Origin: an uncultured Porphyromonadaceae bacterium | Lineage (GTDB): Bacteria > Bacteroidota > Bacteroidia > Bacteroidales > UBA12481 | Assembly (NCBI GenBank): GCA_964547475.1 | Contig: CAZJNQ010000004.1 | Span: 16,784-80,783, forward strand | Length of the DNA: 64,000 nt | Direction: 5' to 3' | Shown: positions 1 through 10,300 of the stretch, in pieces | Layout of the letters: the number at the start of each line of letters is the position of its first letter | How positions within the stretch are numbered: position 1 is the stretch's first letter | Program-made: the position numbers and the translations under genes | The notes under the pieces: model-generated | What the model saw: the letters and a program-made list of their open reading frames with translations, nothing else | What the model was told of the DNA's origin: nothing | Database searches by the model: none

Positions 1-2430
1 TCGGTTCGCTCGGGTGCCCGCGCTTCCATGCCAGGTATGATGGATACCATCCTCAACCTGGGTTTGAATGATGATGCCGTCGCCGGTCTGATCAAACGTA
101 CAGGCAACCCCCGCTTCGCGTGGGATTCGTACCGCCGTTTCGTGCAAATGTATGGAGACGTTGTTCTCGGCTTGAAGCCCGCCTCAAAAGAAGACATGGA
201 TCCGTTTGAAGTCATCATAGATGAAGTGAAGGAGCGTAAAGGCGTTGAGCTTGACACCGAGCTGAGCGTGGAAGACCTGAAGGAGCTGGTAGTAAAATTC
301 AAGGCTGCCGTGAAGAGAACCACTGGAAAAGATTTTCCGGTCAATCCCTGGGAACAGCTGTGGGGAGCTGTGATGGCCGTATTCGACAGCTGGAATAACG
401 AGAGGGCCATTTATTACCGCAAGTTGAACCGCATCCCCGATGAATGGGGAACTGCCGTAAATGTCCAGGCGATGGTGTTCGGGAACATGGGGGAAAATTC
501 GGGGACAGGGGTTGCCTTTACCCGCGATGCCGGTACCGGAGAAGATATTTTCAACGGTGAATACCTGATCAATGCCCAGGGTGAAGATGTGGTGGCCGGT
601 ATCCGGACGCCCCAGCAGATCACCAGGGAAGGCAGCCGCAGGTGGGCAGTCCTGGCCAATATATCGGAAGAAGACAGGTCTTCAAAGTATCCCTCGCTGG
701 AAGAAGCCATGCCTGCCGTGTACGCCGAACTGAATGCCACGCAGCAGAAACTTGAGGACCATTACCGGGACATACAGGATTTGGAATTCACGATTCAGGA
801 CGGAAAGCTCTGGCTGTTGCAGACCCGCAATGGTAAGCGGACCGGTGCCGCGATGGTAAAGATCGCCATGGATCTCCTGAGGGAAGGCAAAATTGATGAG
901 AAGACCGCCCTTAAACGGGTTGAGCCGAATAAGCTGGATGAATTACTGCATCCGGTTTTCGATAAATCAGCCATTAAAAAAGCCAGGGTGATTGCCAAAG
1001 GTTTGCCGGCCTCACCGGGTGCAGCGACCGGACAGATCGTTTTTCATGCAGATGAAGCCGAAGAATGGGCTGCCAAAGGGAAAAAAGTCATCCTGGTAAG
1101 GATTGAGACCTCGCCTGAGGACCTTAAGGGGATGAACGTAGCTCAAGGTATCCTGACGGCGCGAGGCGGGATGACCTCCCATGCGGCTGTTGTGGCTCGC
1201 GGCATGGGCAAGTGCTGTGTATCAGGTGCGGGAGGCCTCCAGATCGATTATAAAGCCAGATCCGTCAAAGCCAGTGGTCAGGAGCTGAATGAAGGCGATT
1301 GGATCTCGCTGAATGGATCAACCGGTGAAGTGTACTACGGCAAAATACAGACCATTGACCCGGAACTTAGCGGAGATTTTGGAGAACTCATGCAACTGGC
1401 TGACAAGTATTCCAGGCTCAAAGTCAGGACCAATGCGGATACCCCGCATGATTCAAAGGTTGCACGCAGTTTCGGCGCGGTCGGGATAGGTTTGTGCCGC
1501 ACGGAACATATGTTCTTCGAAGGAGACCGCATCAAGGCCGTACGTGAAATGATCCTCTCCAATGACGAATCCGGGAGGAGAAAAGCCCTCGCCAAACTGC
1601 TGCCTATGCAGCGCGGGGATTTCGAGGGCATTTTTGAAGCCATGCAGGGATTGCCGGTCACGGTAAGGCTGCTGGATCCACCGCTGCATGAATTCGTTCC
1701 CCACGAAGAAGCCAACCAGAAAGAAATGGCCATTGAAATGAGCATTTCGCCTGAAGAGGTCAAAGCCAAGGTGGATTCCCTTCATGAATTCAACCCCATG
1801 CTCGGGCACCGTGGCTGCCGGCTGGGTTGTACCTATCCTGAAATCACCGAAATGCAGGTCCGCGCAATTATTGAGGCAGCCCTGAACCTGAAAAAGCGCG
1901 GAATTGAAGCCAAGCCTGAAATCATGATCCCCTTGACCGGGACACTGGAAGAAATGAAAAACCAGGAAAAGGTCACCCGCGACACGGCCGAAAAGGTATT
2001 TGCCGAAATGAAGGACAGGATTGACTACCTGGTTGGAACGATGATCGAAGTTCCTCGCGCCGCCCTGGTGGCAGACCAGATCGCCACCTCGGCCGAGTTC
2101 TTTTCCTTCGGGACCAATGACCTGACCCAGATGACTTTCGGCTATTCACGAGATGATGCCGGGAAATTCCTGCCCATTTATCTACAGAAAGGCATCCTCC
2201 AGGATGATCCGTTCCAGATATTGGACCAGACCGGTGTTGGTCAGCTGGTGCAGATGGGTGTGGAAAGGGGCCGGAGCACCAGGAACAAACTGAAAGTCGG
2301 CATTTGCGGCGAACACGGAGGAGAACCCTCTTCCGTAGGTTTCTGCCACAGGGTGGGCATGGACTATGTCAGTTGTTCGCCTTTCAGGGTTCCTATTGCG
2401 AGGCTCGCTGCCGCACAGGCTGCCGTGTAA
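1..2430 (+). CDS. ppdK: pyruvate, phosphate dikinase (5'-truncated by the window edge)
   Basis: Frame 1 is open from nt 1 ([24 protein letters not shown]). It has the phosphohistidine motif [15 protein letters not shown] and the C-terminal PEP-utilizer motifs [18 protein letters not shown] and CGEHGG. Stop at 2430. Confidence 0.95.
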   Translation, partial: SVRSGARASMPGMMDTILNLGLNDDAVAGLIKRTGNPRFAWDSYRRFVQMYGDVVLGLKPASKEDMDPFEVIIDEVKERKGVELDTELSVEDLKELVVKFKAAVKRTTGKDFPVNPWEQLWGAVMAVFDSWNNERAIYYRKLNRIPDEWGTAVNVQAMVFGNMGENSGTGVAFTRDAGTGEDIFNGEYLINAQGEDVVAGIRTPQQITREGSRRWAVLANISEEDRSSKYPSLEEAMPAVYAELNATQQKLEDHYRDIQDLEFTIQDGKLWLLQTRNGKRTGAAMVKIAMDLLREGKIDEKTALKRVEPNKLDELLHPVFDKSAIKKARVIAKGLPASPGAATGQIVFHADEAEEWAAKGKKVILVRIETSPEDLKGMNVAQGILTARGGMTSHAAVVARGMGKCCVSGAGGLQIDYKARSVKASGQELNEGDWISLNGSTGEVYYGKIQTIDPELSGDFGELMQLADKYSRLKVRTNADTPHDSKVARSFGAVGIGLCRTEHMFFEGDRIKAVREMILSNDESGRRKALAKLLPMQRGDFEGIFEAMQGLPVTVRLLDPPLHEFVPHEEANQKEMAIEMSISPEEVKAKVDSLHEFNPMLGHRGCRLGCTYPEITEMQVRAIIEAALNLKKRGIEAKPEIMIPLTGTLEEMKNQEKVTRDTAEKVFAEMKDRIDYLVGTMIEVPRAALVADQIATSAEFFSFGTNDLTQMTFGYSRDDAGKFLPIYLQKGILQDDPFQILDQTGVGQLVQMGVERGRSTRNKLKVGICGEHGGEPSSVGFCHRVGMDYVSCSPFRVPIARLAAAQAAV

Positions 2431-2445
2431 ATGCAACGTCCAGGA

Positions 2446-2480
2446 CCTGTCAGCTCTGAAGATGAGCTGGCAGGTTTTTT
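2446..2480 (+). terminator. Rho-independent terminator after ppdK
   Basis: CCTGTCAGCTC / GAGCTGGCAGG forms an 11-bp stem with one G-U pair and a 7-nt loop, followed directly by TTTTTT. It lies 16 nt after the ppdK stop. Confidence 0.7.
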
Positions 2481-2494
2481 AATATCGGGTTTCT

Positions 2495-2502
2495 TATCTT
2501 TG
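2495..2502 (+). promoter_or_regulatory. candidate Bacteroidota -7 promoter box (TAnnTTTG) for plsY
   Basis: TATCTTTG matches TAnnTTTG and ends 18 nt upstream of the plsY ATG, downstream of the ppdK terminator. Confidence 0.35.
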
Positions 2503-2519
2503 ACAAGTCTATTTAAGGA

Positions 2520-3155
2520 ATGAGTACCTGGGTGGCAATCGGGCTCTTGATCCTGGCCTACTTGTTAGGATCGGTATCCTCGGCAGTCTGGCTGGGCAAG
2601 CTATTCAAGGGTGTTGATGTCAGGCAGATGGGTAGCGGCAATGCCGGATTTGCCAATGTGGTACGGAACCTGGGTCCTTGGATCGGCATACCGGTGCTGA
2701 TCATTGACACTTTAAAGGGATACCTTGCCGTACAGTTGGCTTTCCTGATACCTGGGGTTGAAAACGGTTCTGAACTTCACCATTTCTGGCAGATCCTCTA
2801 CGGGATTGCAGCACTCCTCGGTCATTTGTTTCCCATTTTCACCGGTTTCCGGGGCGGAAAAGGAGTCTTAACCGGTCTGGGCATTGTCCTGGCTATTTAT
2901 CCTTTTGGAGCCTTGCTTTCTTTTTTTGTCTTCCTGATCGCGTTCCTGGCCAGCCGGTATGTCAGTCTGGGTTCCATGATGGCCGGGATCTCCTTCCCTC
3001 TCTTCGTACTGTTTCTCTTTCCGGGCACCAACGTGCCCCTTTCGGTCTTTTCCTGGATAGTCGCAGCGGTTCTGCTCATCACCCATCAGAAAAACATCGA
3101 AAGAATATTGAACGGCAACGAGCGAAGGACCGGTCTTTTTAAGAGAAAGAATTGA
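2520..3155 (+). CDS. plsY: glycerol-3-phosphate acyltransferase PlsY
   Basis: 211-aa polytopic membrane ORF with the PlsY motifs GSGNAGFANV and FRGGKGV. Confidence 0.9.
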   Translation: MSTWVAIGLLILAYLLGSVSSAVWLGKLFKGVDVRQMGSGNAGFANVVRNLGPWIGIPVLIIDTLKGYLAVQLAFLIPGVENGSELHHFWQILYGIAALLGHLFPIFTGFRGGKGVLTGLGIVLAIYPFGALLSFFVFLIAFLASRYVSLGSMMAGISFPLFVLFLFPGTNVPLSVFSWIVAAVLLITHQKNIERILNGNERRTGLFKRKN

Positions 3156-3930
3156 CAAAAACCAAGGGGAGAATTCTTCTTAATTCCACGCCGCTGACCT
3201 TTTGCACCAGACGCCCCTGGTTGGCATAAGAGATGTCACCGGTTTCCTCTGAGACAATAATCACGAAAGAATCTGAGTTCTCTGACATCCCGACACCTGC
3301 TTTATGGCGCAGTCCAAGGTCTGCAGGGAGATTCGGATTCTCGGTAACCGGCAGGACGCATTTGGCTGCAGAAATTCTGTTTTTCGCCAGGATCATTCCG
3401 CCATCGTGCATCGGGCTCCCTTTTCTGAATATGGATTCGATCAGGTCGCTGCTGATCACCGCATCGACCATTGCCCCTGTTTCAGCGAAGGCCCTGAGTT
3501 CGGATTTCTTGGCCATGACCAGGAGGGCTCCCGTCCGGGTCTTCGACAAATGCTCACAGGCGGTGACGATGGAACTGAAATCCCAATCCGACTCCCTGGC
3601 GGATTGAAAAGAAAACAGGTTGTTCAGGCTGATTTTCCCCTTCCTGAAATATCGGGTACCCAGAACCAGAAGAAACCTTCTTACTTCCTGCTGAAAAACG
3701 ATCAGCAGCGCAAGCAGGCCCAATCCTACGGCCTGTCCGAGGATCGTGCCCAGAAGCTGCATGTTTAGGGCCCTGACCAGCATCCAAAGGACATATACCA
3801 GAAAAACACCGTAGAAAATATTAACGGCCACTGTACCCCTGACCAATTTATAGATCTGGTATATCAGGATGGCTACCAGCAGTATGTCAAGCAAATCAAG
3901 AAAACCGAATGAATCAAAAATGAATCCCAT
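3139..3930 (-). CDS. cdaA: diadenylate cyclase CdaA (c-di-AMP synthase)
   Basis: N-terminal TM helices followed by DisA_N/DAC-domain motifs (TGALLVM, MHDGGMIL, GLRHKAGVG, IIVSEETG). It starts 4 nt downstream of the folP stop on the same strand. Confidence 0.9.
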   Translation of the reverse strand: MGFIFDSFGFLDLLDILLVAILIYQIYKLVRGTVAVNIFYGVFLVYVLWMLVRALNMQLLGTILGQAVGLGLLALLIVFQQEVRRFLLVLGTRYFRKGKISLNNLFSFQSARESDWDFSSIVTACEHLSKTRTGALLVMAKKSELRAFAETGAMVDAVISSDLIESIFRKGSPMHDGGMILAKNRISAAKCVLPVTENPNLPADLGLRHKAGVGMSENSDSFVIIVSEETGDISYANQGRLVQKVSGVELRRILPLVFVNSFS

Positions 3931-3934
3931 CTGA

Positions 3935-4795
3935 TCAAGCTGTTAATCTGTTTACCAATTGGATGCACTCTTTAGCCTGCTTCACATCATGTGTTCTGAG
4001 GACGTCAGCCCCTTTCAGGAGCGCCGCTGTATGAAGCACGCTGGATCCGTTCAGGGAAGTTTCAGGCACTCCGTTCAGAATCTTATAAATCATGGATTTT
4101 CTCGACACCCCCACTACGATGGGCCGGTTAAAAATCCGGAACCGATCCAATCCGGCCAGCAAATCATAGTTATGATCCAGCGTCTTGCCGAAGCCGAACC
4201 CGGGATCAATCCAAATATCCGTAACACCGGCGTCGGTCAGGCGATTGATCCGGTCAGAAAAAAAAAGGCTGATGTCACCAATCACATCGGAGTAAACCGG
4301 ATTCTCCTGCATGATCCGTGGATTGCCCAACATGTGCATCAGAATATAAACTGTACGGTTTCTTCCGGCAGTCAAAAACATATCAGGATCCAGGTTGCCG
4401 CCTGATATATCATTGATAACCTGGACATTATAATTCCTGATAGCCCATTCCGCAATGGATGAGCGATAGGTATCGACCGACAGGACAGCTTCCGGGAAAT
4501 CACTCCGGATGATTGACAAAGCCCTGTCCAGCCGTGCCCGTTCCTCTGAGGCGTCGGGTTCAACGGCACCGGGCCGCGAGGAGCAGGCGCCTACATCCAG
4601 TATGTCCGCACCTTCCTCCAGGAGCCGATTCGCCTGAACACGGGCCATCTCATCGCTCAGGTAACGGCCGCCGTCATAAAAGGAATCCGGTGTCACGTTC
4701 AGGATGCCCATGATCAGGGGTTGATCCGTCAAGAAAAGCTTGTCGCCAAATCGAAAAGGGCTCTGAGTGAATATTTTCCGTGAATCTATTTTCAT
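3935..4795 (-). CDS. folP: dihydropteroate synthase
   Basis: Pterin-binding motifs GILNVTPDSFYDGG, DILDVGA, LSVDTY and GFGFGK. 286 aa. Confidence 0.93.
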   Translation of the reverse strand: MKIDSRKIFTQSPFRFGDKLFLTDQPLIMGILNVTPDSFYDGGRYLSDEMARVQANRLLEEGADILDVGACSSRPGAVEPDASEERARLDRALSIIRSDFPEAVLSVDTYRSSIAEWAIRNYNVQVINDISGGNLDPDMFLTAGRNRTVYILMHMLGNPRIMQENPVYSDVIGDISLFFSDRINRLTDAGVTDIWIDPGFGFGKTLDHNYDLLAGLDRFRIFNRPIVVGVSRKSMIYKILNGVPETSLNGSSVLHTAALLKGADVLRTHDVKQAKECIQLVNRLTA

Positions 4796-4880
4796 CCGGA
4801 ACAGAAACAGGGTATAAATGTAAAACTTTGCCGGCGCTTTTCACCGGCAATTTGTATTTTAGACGACAGATTAAAGCCGG

Positions 4881-5423
4881 ATGGATAAAACGCTTAAACA
4901 ATACAATCAGATAGTTACGATCTGTCGTGATCTTTTTGAAAAGAAAATGATGGATTACGGCACCTCCTGGAGGATCATGCGGCCGGAATCCGTGACGGAT
5001 CAGATCTACATCAAGGCGCAAAGGATCCAGAGCATCGAGCAGAAGAAAGCACAAAAAATCGGAGATGATACCCGGTCAGAGTTCATCGGCATTGTCAATT
5101 ACAGCCTGATCGGCCTGATTCAGCTCGAACTTGGTGAATCAGAACCCGTTGAGATGGATCCCTCCGCCGCTCTGTCGCATTATGACCGGCAGGTCAGCCG
5201 GACCAGGGACCTGATGACGGCAAAAAACCATGACTACGGCGAAGCCTGGAGATCCATGCGGATATCTTCCTATACCGACCTGATCCTGATGAAGGTTTAC
5301 AGGACCAAGCAAATAGAGGACAACAAGGGATTGACGCTTGTTTCCGAAGGTGTGGCAGCCAATTATATGGACATGATCAATTACGCTATTTTCGCCCTGA
5401 TCAAGATTGATTTCAATGAGTAA
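4881..5423 (+). CDS. DUF1599-type protein (two internal repeats)
   Basis: Two tandem homologous halves (DYGTSWRIMRPESVTDQIYIKAQRIQSIE and DYGEAWRSMRISSYTDLILMKVYRTKQIE). To my recollection this family sits next to folP in Bacteroidota. Confidence 0.75.
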   Translation: MDKTLKQYNQIVTICRDLFEKKMMDYGTSWRIMRPESVTDQIYIKAQRIQSIEQKKAQKIGDDTRSEFIGIVNYSLIGLIQLELGESEPVEMDPSAALSHYDRQVSRTRDLMTAKNHDYGEAWRSMRISSYTDLILMKVYRTKQIEDNKGLTLVSEGVAANYMDMINYAIFALIKIDFNE

Positions 5424-6528
5424 AACCAGTATCAGTAAAGCACTTTTTTTAATCAGCCAGTACCTTGTCGCACTGGTTTTTGTCTTTTCGGGATTCGTCA
5501 AATGCGTCGATCCCACCGGGACAGCCATCAAAATGGAAGAGTATTTCACCGCCTTCGGAATGGACTCATTAATTCCACTTTCGATGACCTTAGCCCTGGT
5601 GATGTGCGGAGCCGAGCTTCTGATAGGGGTCTCGCTTTTGCTGAATCTGCGCGTGATTTGGGGGATTTGGGGCGCTCTGGCCCTGATGGTTTTTTATACG
5701 CCCCTGACCCTCTGGCTGGCCCTGACGGACAAGGTTACCGACTGCGGTTGTTTCGGAGATGCCATCAAACTCACTAACTGGCAGACTTTCCTTAAGAATG
5801 TTGTCCTGGACCTGTTTGTCCTGATCCTCCTGTTAGGAAGAAAGCAGATACGGTCTGGGCTGAAGATAACCTATCAGGTTGCCGGAATTGCTGCCTTCGC
5901 TGTCTTTGTGGCTGTGTTTGAATGGTATAATGTCAGCCATCTGCCGGTTATCGATTTCATGCCCTATAAAAAAGGAACCCATATTCCATCCCGGATGATC
6001 ATCCCGGACGGAGCATTGCAGCCAAGGCACAAGATTACCTTCATTTACGAGAAAAATGGCAGGCGGAAAAGATTCAGCAGCGAAAACCTTCCTGATTCCA
6101 CCTGGATATTTGTCGACCGGAAAGACCGGCTCCTCCGGAAGGGATATGAACCGCCCATACATGACTTTTCCATTATTACCCCGGATAATCAGGATGTTAC
6201 AACACAAATACTGGAATATCCCGATTCTGTTTACCTTCTGGTGATCTCATCCATTGAAAAGACCAACACGAAATATTTTGAGCAAATCAACCGGATTGCG
6301 CAATCAGCCTGGTCCCAGGGTTATGATTTTTATGCGTTGACTTCATCGCTCCCCGAGGAACATGAAATTTTCAGGGAACGGGTCAAGGCCTCGTACCCTA
6401 TTTACATGATGGATGAAACGACCCTGAAAACCATGATCCGGTCGAATCCCGGGCTATTACTGATCAAGGAAGGGACGGTCCTCGGGAAGTGGCACTTCCG
6501 CGATCTGAAAAAAGTGTTGACCCGGTAA
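5416..6528 (+). CDS. DoxX/MauE-like membrane protein with a C-terminal thioredoxin-like-sized soluble domain
   Basis: N-terminal TM helices with a DCGCFGD motif typical of MauE/DoxX-type proteins. The C-terminal soluble half has no CxxC. I chose ATG 5416 (8-nt overlap with the preceding stop) rather than the TTG 5407 in the ORF track. Confidence 0.65.
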   Translation: MSKTSISKALFLISQYLVALVFVFSGFVKCVDPTGTAIKMEEYFTAFGMDSLIPLSMTLALVMCGAELLIGVSLLLNLRVIWGIWGALALMVFYTPLTLWLALTDKVTDCGCFGDAIKLTNWQTFLKNVVLDLFVLILLLGRKQIRSGLKITYQVAGIAAFAVFVAVFEWYNVSHLPVIDFMPYKKGTHIPSRMIIPDGALQPRHKITFIYEKNGRRKRFSSENLPDSTWIFVDRKDRLLRKGYEPPIHDFSIITPDNQDVTTQILEYPDSVYLLVISSIEKTNTKYFEQINRIAQSAWSQGYDFYALTSSLPEEHEIFRERVKASYPIYMMDETTLKTMIRSNPGLLLIKEGTVLGKWHFRDLKKVLTR

Positions 6529-6561
6529 GCTGATCTACACACTACAATTAATCTAACCAAC

Positions 6562-7323
6562 ATGAGGAAACGTATTGTTGCTGGCAACTGGAAAATGAAT
6601 ACCGATATCGAGAGCGGAAAGCGGCTGGCCGCTGCCTTGATGAACCTGCTCTCCGGAAAACCGGCTCCCTTGAATGTCGGAGTGGCTATCGCTCCGCCTT
6701 TCACCCACTTGTCTGAGATTCGCAAACAAATCGATACCAGCAAGATTTGCCTGGCTGCGCAGAACTGTGCCTCCGAATCCAGCGGGGCTTTCACTGGAGA
6801 AGTGTCGGCAGGCATGCTTAAATCAGCCGGCGTGATGGCAGTCATCATCGGGCATTCCGAAAGGAGGAGTTATTTCCATGAGGATCATGCCGCCCTGGCA
6901 AAAAAAGTCGACCTGGTATTGAAAAACGATATGCGGCCCGTGTTTTGTTTCGGTGAGGTACTGGGTGAAAGAAACGCCGGAATTCAGAACCAGATAGTCG
7001 AGTCGCAACTGAAAGAGAGCCTTTTCCAATTATCAGAGGCTGATTTCACCAGGGTTATTTTGGCCTACGAACCTGTCTGGGCCATCGGGACCGGTGTGGT
7101 CGCCACTCCCGGACAGGCTCAGGAAATGCATCATTTCATCCGTAGCCTGATCATCGCGCGTTATGGCAATGAAATAGCGGAGGACACGACCATTTTATAC
7201 GGTGGAAGCTGCAAGTCCTCGAATGCAGCCGAGCTGTTTTCAAAGCCGGATGTCGATGGCGGCCTGATCGGGGGAGCTTCGCTGGATGCCGCTGAATTTC
7301 ACCGGATTATCCATTGTTTCTGA
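6562..7323 (+). CDS. tpiA: triosephosphate isomerase
   Basis: Motifs AGNWKMN, IIGHSERR, AYEPVWAIGTG and YGGS. 253 aa. Confidence 0.95.
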   Translation: MRKRIVAGNWKMNTDIESGKRLAAALMNLLSGKPAPLNVGVAIAPPFTHLSEIRKQIDTSKICLAAQNCASESSGAFTGEVSAGMLKSAGVMAVIIGHSERRSYFHEDHAALAKKVDLVLKNDMRPVFCFGEVLGERNAGIQNQIVESQLKESLFQLSEADFTRVILAYEPVWAIGTGVVATPGQAQEMHHFIRSLIIARYGNEIAEDTTILYGGSCKSSNAAELFSKPDVDGGLIGGASLDAAEFHRIIHCF

Positions 7324-7348
7324 AAAAACGACCGGTCAATCATTTATG

Positions 7349-7382
7349 GAAAGGCAATCCGTTATATATTGGATTGCCTTTC
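7349..7382 (+). terminator. strong hairpin after tpiA (possible terminator or attenuator)
   Basis: GAAAGGCAATCC / GGATTGCCTTTC forms a perfect 12-bp stem with a 10-nt AT-rich loop. The tail is only moderately T-rich (TGGTTCCTTTCGC). It ends 14 nt before the ATG of the next gene. Confidence 0.45.
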
Positions 7383-7395
7383 TGGTTCCTTTCGC

Positions 7396-10300
7396 ATGAA
7401 ACAGTTGCTAAGAATTGGGTTGATGACAATCGTCGTCCTTTATGCCGGCACACAGCTGGCAAAGGGGCAGGAATCCGTCCGTTTTCATGCGGAGGCGGGG
7501 TTGTTTGTCGCGGAACTAAGGGATCTTTTCGGGGGACGGCATGCGGATGAGACAGCCCGGTTGATTCAAGACCTTGAATCAGCCAATAAGGCCGGCTATC
7601 TGGAGGAAAATCACTGGATTGACCTGGCGCGAAAGGTTAACCGGCTGGATTATCTCAAGGCCAGGCCTTTTCCTGATTTTTACCTGATGATCGAGACATT
7701 CGTGACCGTTGCCGGAATTCAGAGCCGTTCCGATTATATCAACTGGTCCATGAATGTCGACAAGCTCCTTGAAACGGAAGACAAAAACCTCGGTCGTGTC
7801 AACACGTTTCTGACCTTTACCCGGGACTTCATTCAACAAGGATTGTTGATGGAATCACCCTCCTGCACCTGGATCAGCTATCCTAAGACCGGAGCCTTCC
7901 AAATGGATACCAGTTTTTCGGTCAGGCAGGAAAATGTAACCCTGGTTTGCCGGTCGGGGTCGGATAGCACGGTCATATTTTCCGCATCGGGCACGTTCTA
8001 TCCCGAAACCGGCAGCTGGATCGGCGATTCAGGCCTGGTTACCTGGGAACGGCTTGACATCCCGGCCGATCAGGTGCAGGTAAAGCTCCGGACCTACCGG
8101 ATAGACATCAGGCGTTCGGTTTACACGATCGATTCCGTCAACCTGATTGACAAACGGTATTTCACTAATCCCCTGACCGGTGTCCTGGAGAACAAGGTTC
8201 AGCCAGGCATCTCCCGCGACCAGGCCGGCTATCCCCGATTTACTTCTTATGAACTGAAGAATCGCATAAAGGATATCTACCCGGGAATGGATTATGAAGG
8301 CGGTTTTTCCTTACAGGGCAAGAAAGTTCTCGGTACTGGTGAACCGTCGCAAAAAAGTGTCCTGACGATTTTCTACAATGAAAGGCCTCTGATCCGCCTG
8401 GCTTCCACCTATTTTGTCTTTCAACCCGAACAGGCCAGGGGGATCAACACCGAAGCCAGCATTTACCTGGAAGCTGACTCCATTTACCATCCGGGGCTTC
8501 TTTTCCAGTACAACAAACCGAGAAACGAACTGGCCTTCATCCGTGATGGCCAGGGATTGTCACCGTCACGCTTTTTTGACTACTATCATCAATTTGACCT
8601 GGATGTTGAGATGATCCGGTGGAACCCGGGAGATTCCCTGCTGTTCATGAGCAGCATGGTCGGATCCCAGGAAAACAGGGCCGCTTTCGAATCTTCGGAT
8701 TTTTTCAGTATCGGGAGATACAATGAAATCCTGATTGAGGATATCAAGCACCCCGTGGCTGCTGTCAAGCAGTGCGCTGATTTCCTTTACTCCCGCTCCT
8801 TTACCCTGCGTGACCTGGCGTATTTCATGGACAGGCCCGAGCACCTGGTCGAAAAGATGCTCCTGCGCCTGTCATTTTTGGGTATGGTTCGGTATAATGT
8901 TGAAAACCAGCAGATCGAGGTCCTTCAACGAGCCTATGATTTCCTGAAAAAGAAAGCCGGCAGCCAGGATTATGACATAATCCAGTTTGAATCCCTGCAG
9001 GAACCTCCCAATCCAAACGCCATTCTGAACCTGAACACGAATATCCTGAGGGTTTTTTCGGTAAAACAGATCGAGCTCAGCAAAGCCAGGAACGTTATCC
9101 TCTATCCTGACCGGCAGATCGTTGACATACTTAAAAACCGGGAGATCCTGTTTACCGGAAACATTCGGGGTGGCCTCGCTTATTTCAGCGGATACGATTT
9201 TCGGTTTCGTTACGACGATTACTCCATCCTCATGGACTCGGTCAGCGTGATCCGGTTCCAGGTTTACGAGGATCCGGTCAAAAAAGGGGACCCGCCTAAA
9301 CTGGCCGATGTCACTTCCCTGGTTGAAAACACTTCCGGCACCCTGTTTATTGACCGGCCCGACAACAAATCGGGTTTTTATGCCGGGGCATTTCCGGAAT
9401 ATCCCATGTTGGTAACGGACAGCAACGCCTACGTCTATTACGACCAGAAAGAGATCCTCAACGGAATCTATCCCCGGGAAACCTTCAATTTCAGCATCCA
9501 TCCCTTTACCTTGAGGGGCTTGAACCTGACGACATTTGCCGATTCCCTCAACCTTCCCGGCCGTTTTGTCACGGCAGATATTTTCCCTCCGATTGAATTG
9601 ATACTCAGGCATCAGAAAGATCATTCCCTGGGTTTCCAGACGCTTCGGACTCCCGAGGAGGGGTACCCGATCTATAAAGGCAAGGGACGGTTTTTCAACC
9701 TGATGGCAATGAGCAAATCCGGGCTTCGTGGCTCCGGCACCCTGCAGTACCTTAACTCAACCCTGGAGTCCGACGATTTCCTTTTCCTGCCCGATCAGGT
9801 TACCACCCTGGCAAACACTTTCGCGGTTAATCAGGATACCGTTGAAAATGGAAATCCTGAAGCTGTCGGACAGGAAATGGCAGTATCCTGGATGCCTGAA
9901 AAGGACCGGATGGTGGCCAGTGGAAAAGACAATCCCCTCAGCATGTACGGCAAGGTGGAGTTTGACGGGGAATTATCGCTCGAGCCGGGTTCTCTCACAG
10001 GCAAGGGAACGATGCGTTTTGAAAGATATTCAGTGACGTCGGACCAATTTCATTTTTATCAGGAATCCTATGACGCTTCCAACGCCGAATTCAGGATCTT
10101 TGATGATTCGACCGGATCCGGCACTGAAGCCGACTCCGACCGTGTGGGTTTTATCGCCCGGCAAGTGGACGTCGCCGTCAGCACCCGCGAAAAGAAAGCA
10201 GGTTTCAGGACTGTTTCACCCTCTTCATCGATCGATTTTCCGCACAATCAATTCACCGGACAATCGGGTTCATTTATCTGGGATATGAACCTGAACCTGA

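Noticed and set aside
8872-9624. Long antisense ORFs inside large genes. This one is 250 aa. Similar ones lie at 23309-24151, 29746-30447, 42727-43473, 38879-39424, 54778-55569, 55767-56300 and 63111-63635.
   Set aside because: Each lies fully inside a longer opposite-strand gene with strong family motifs (SusC, GH5, nuoL, nuoD, dmsA, GH20) or inside a far longer uninterrupted ORF. None has a recognisable motif or plausible start context.
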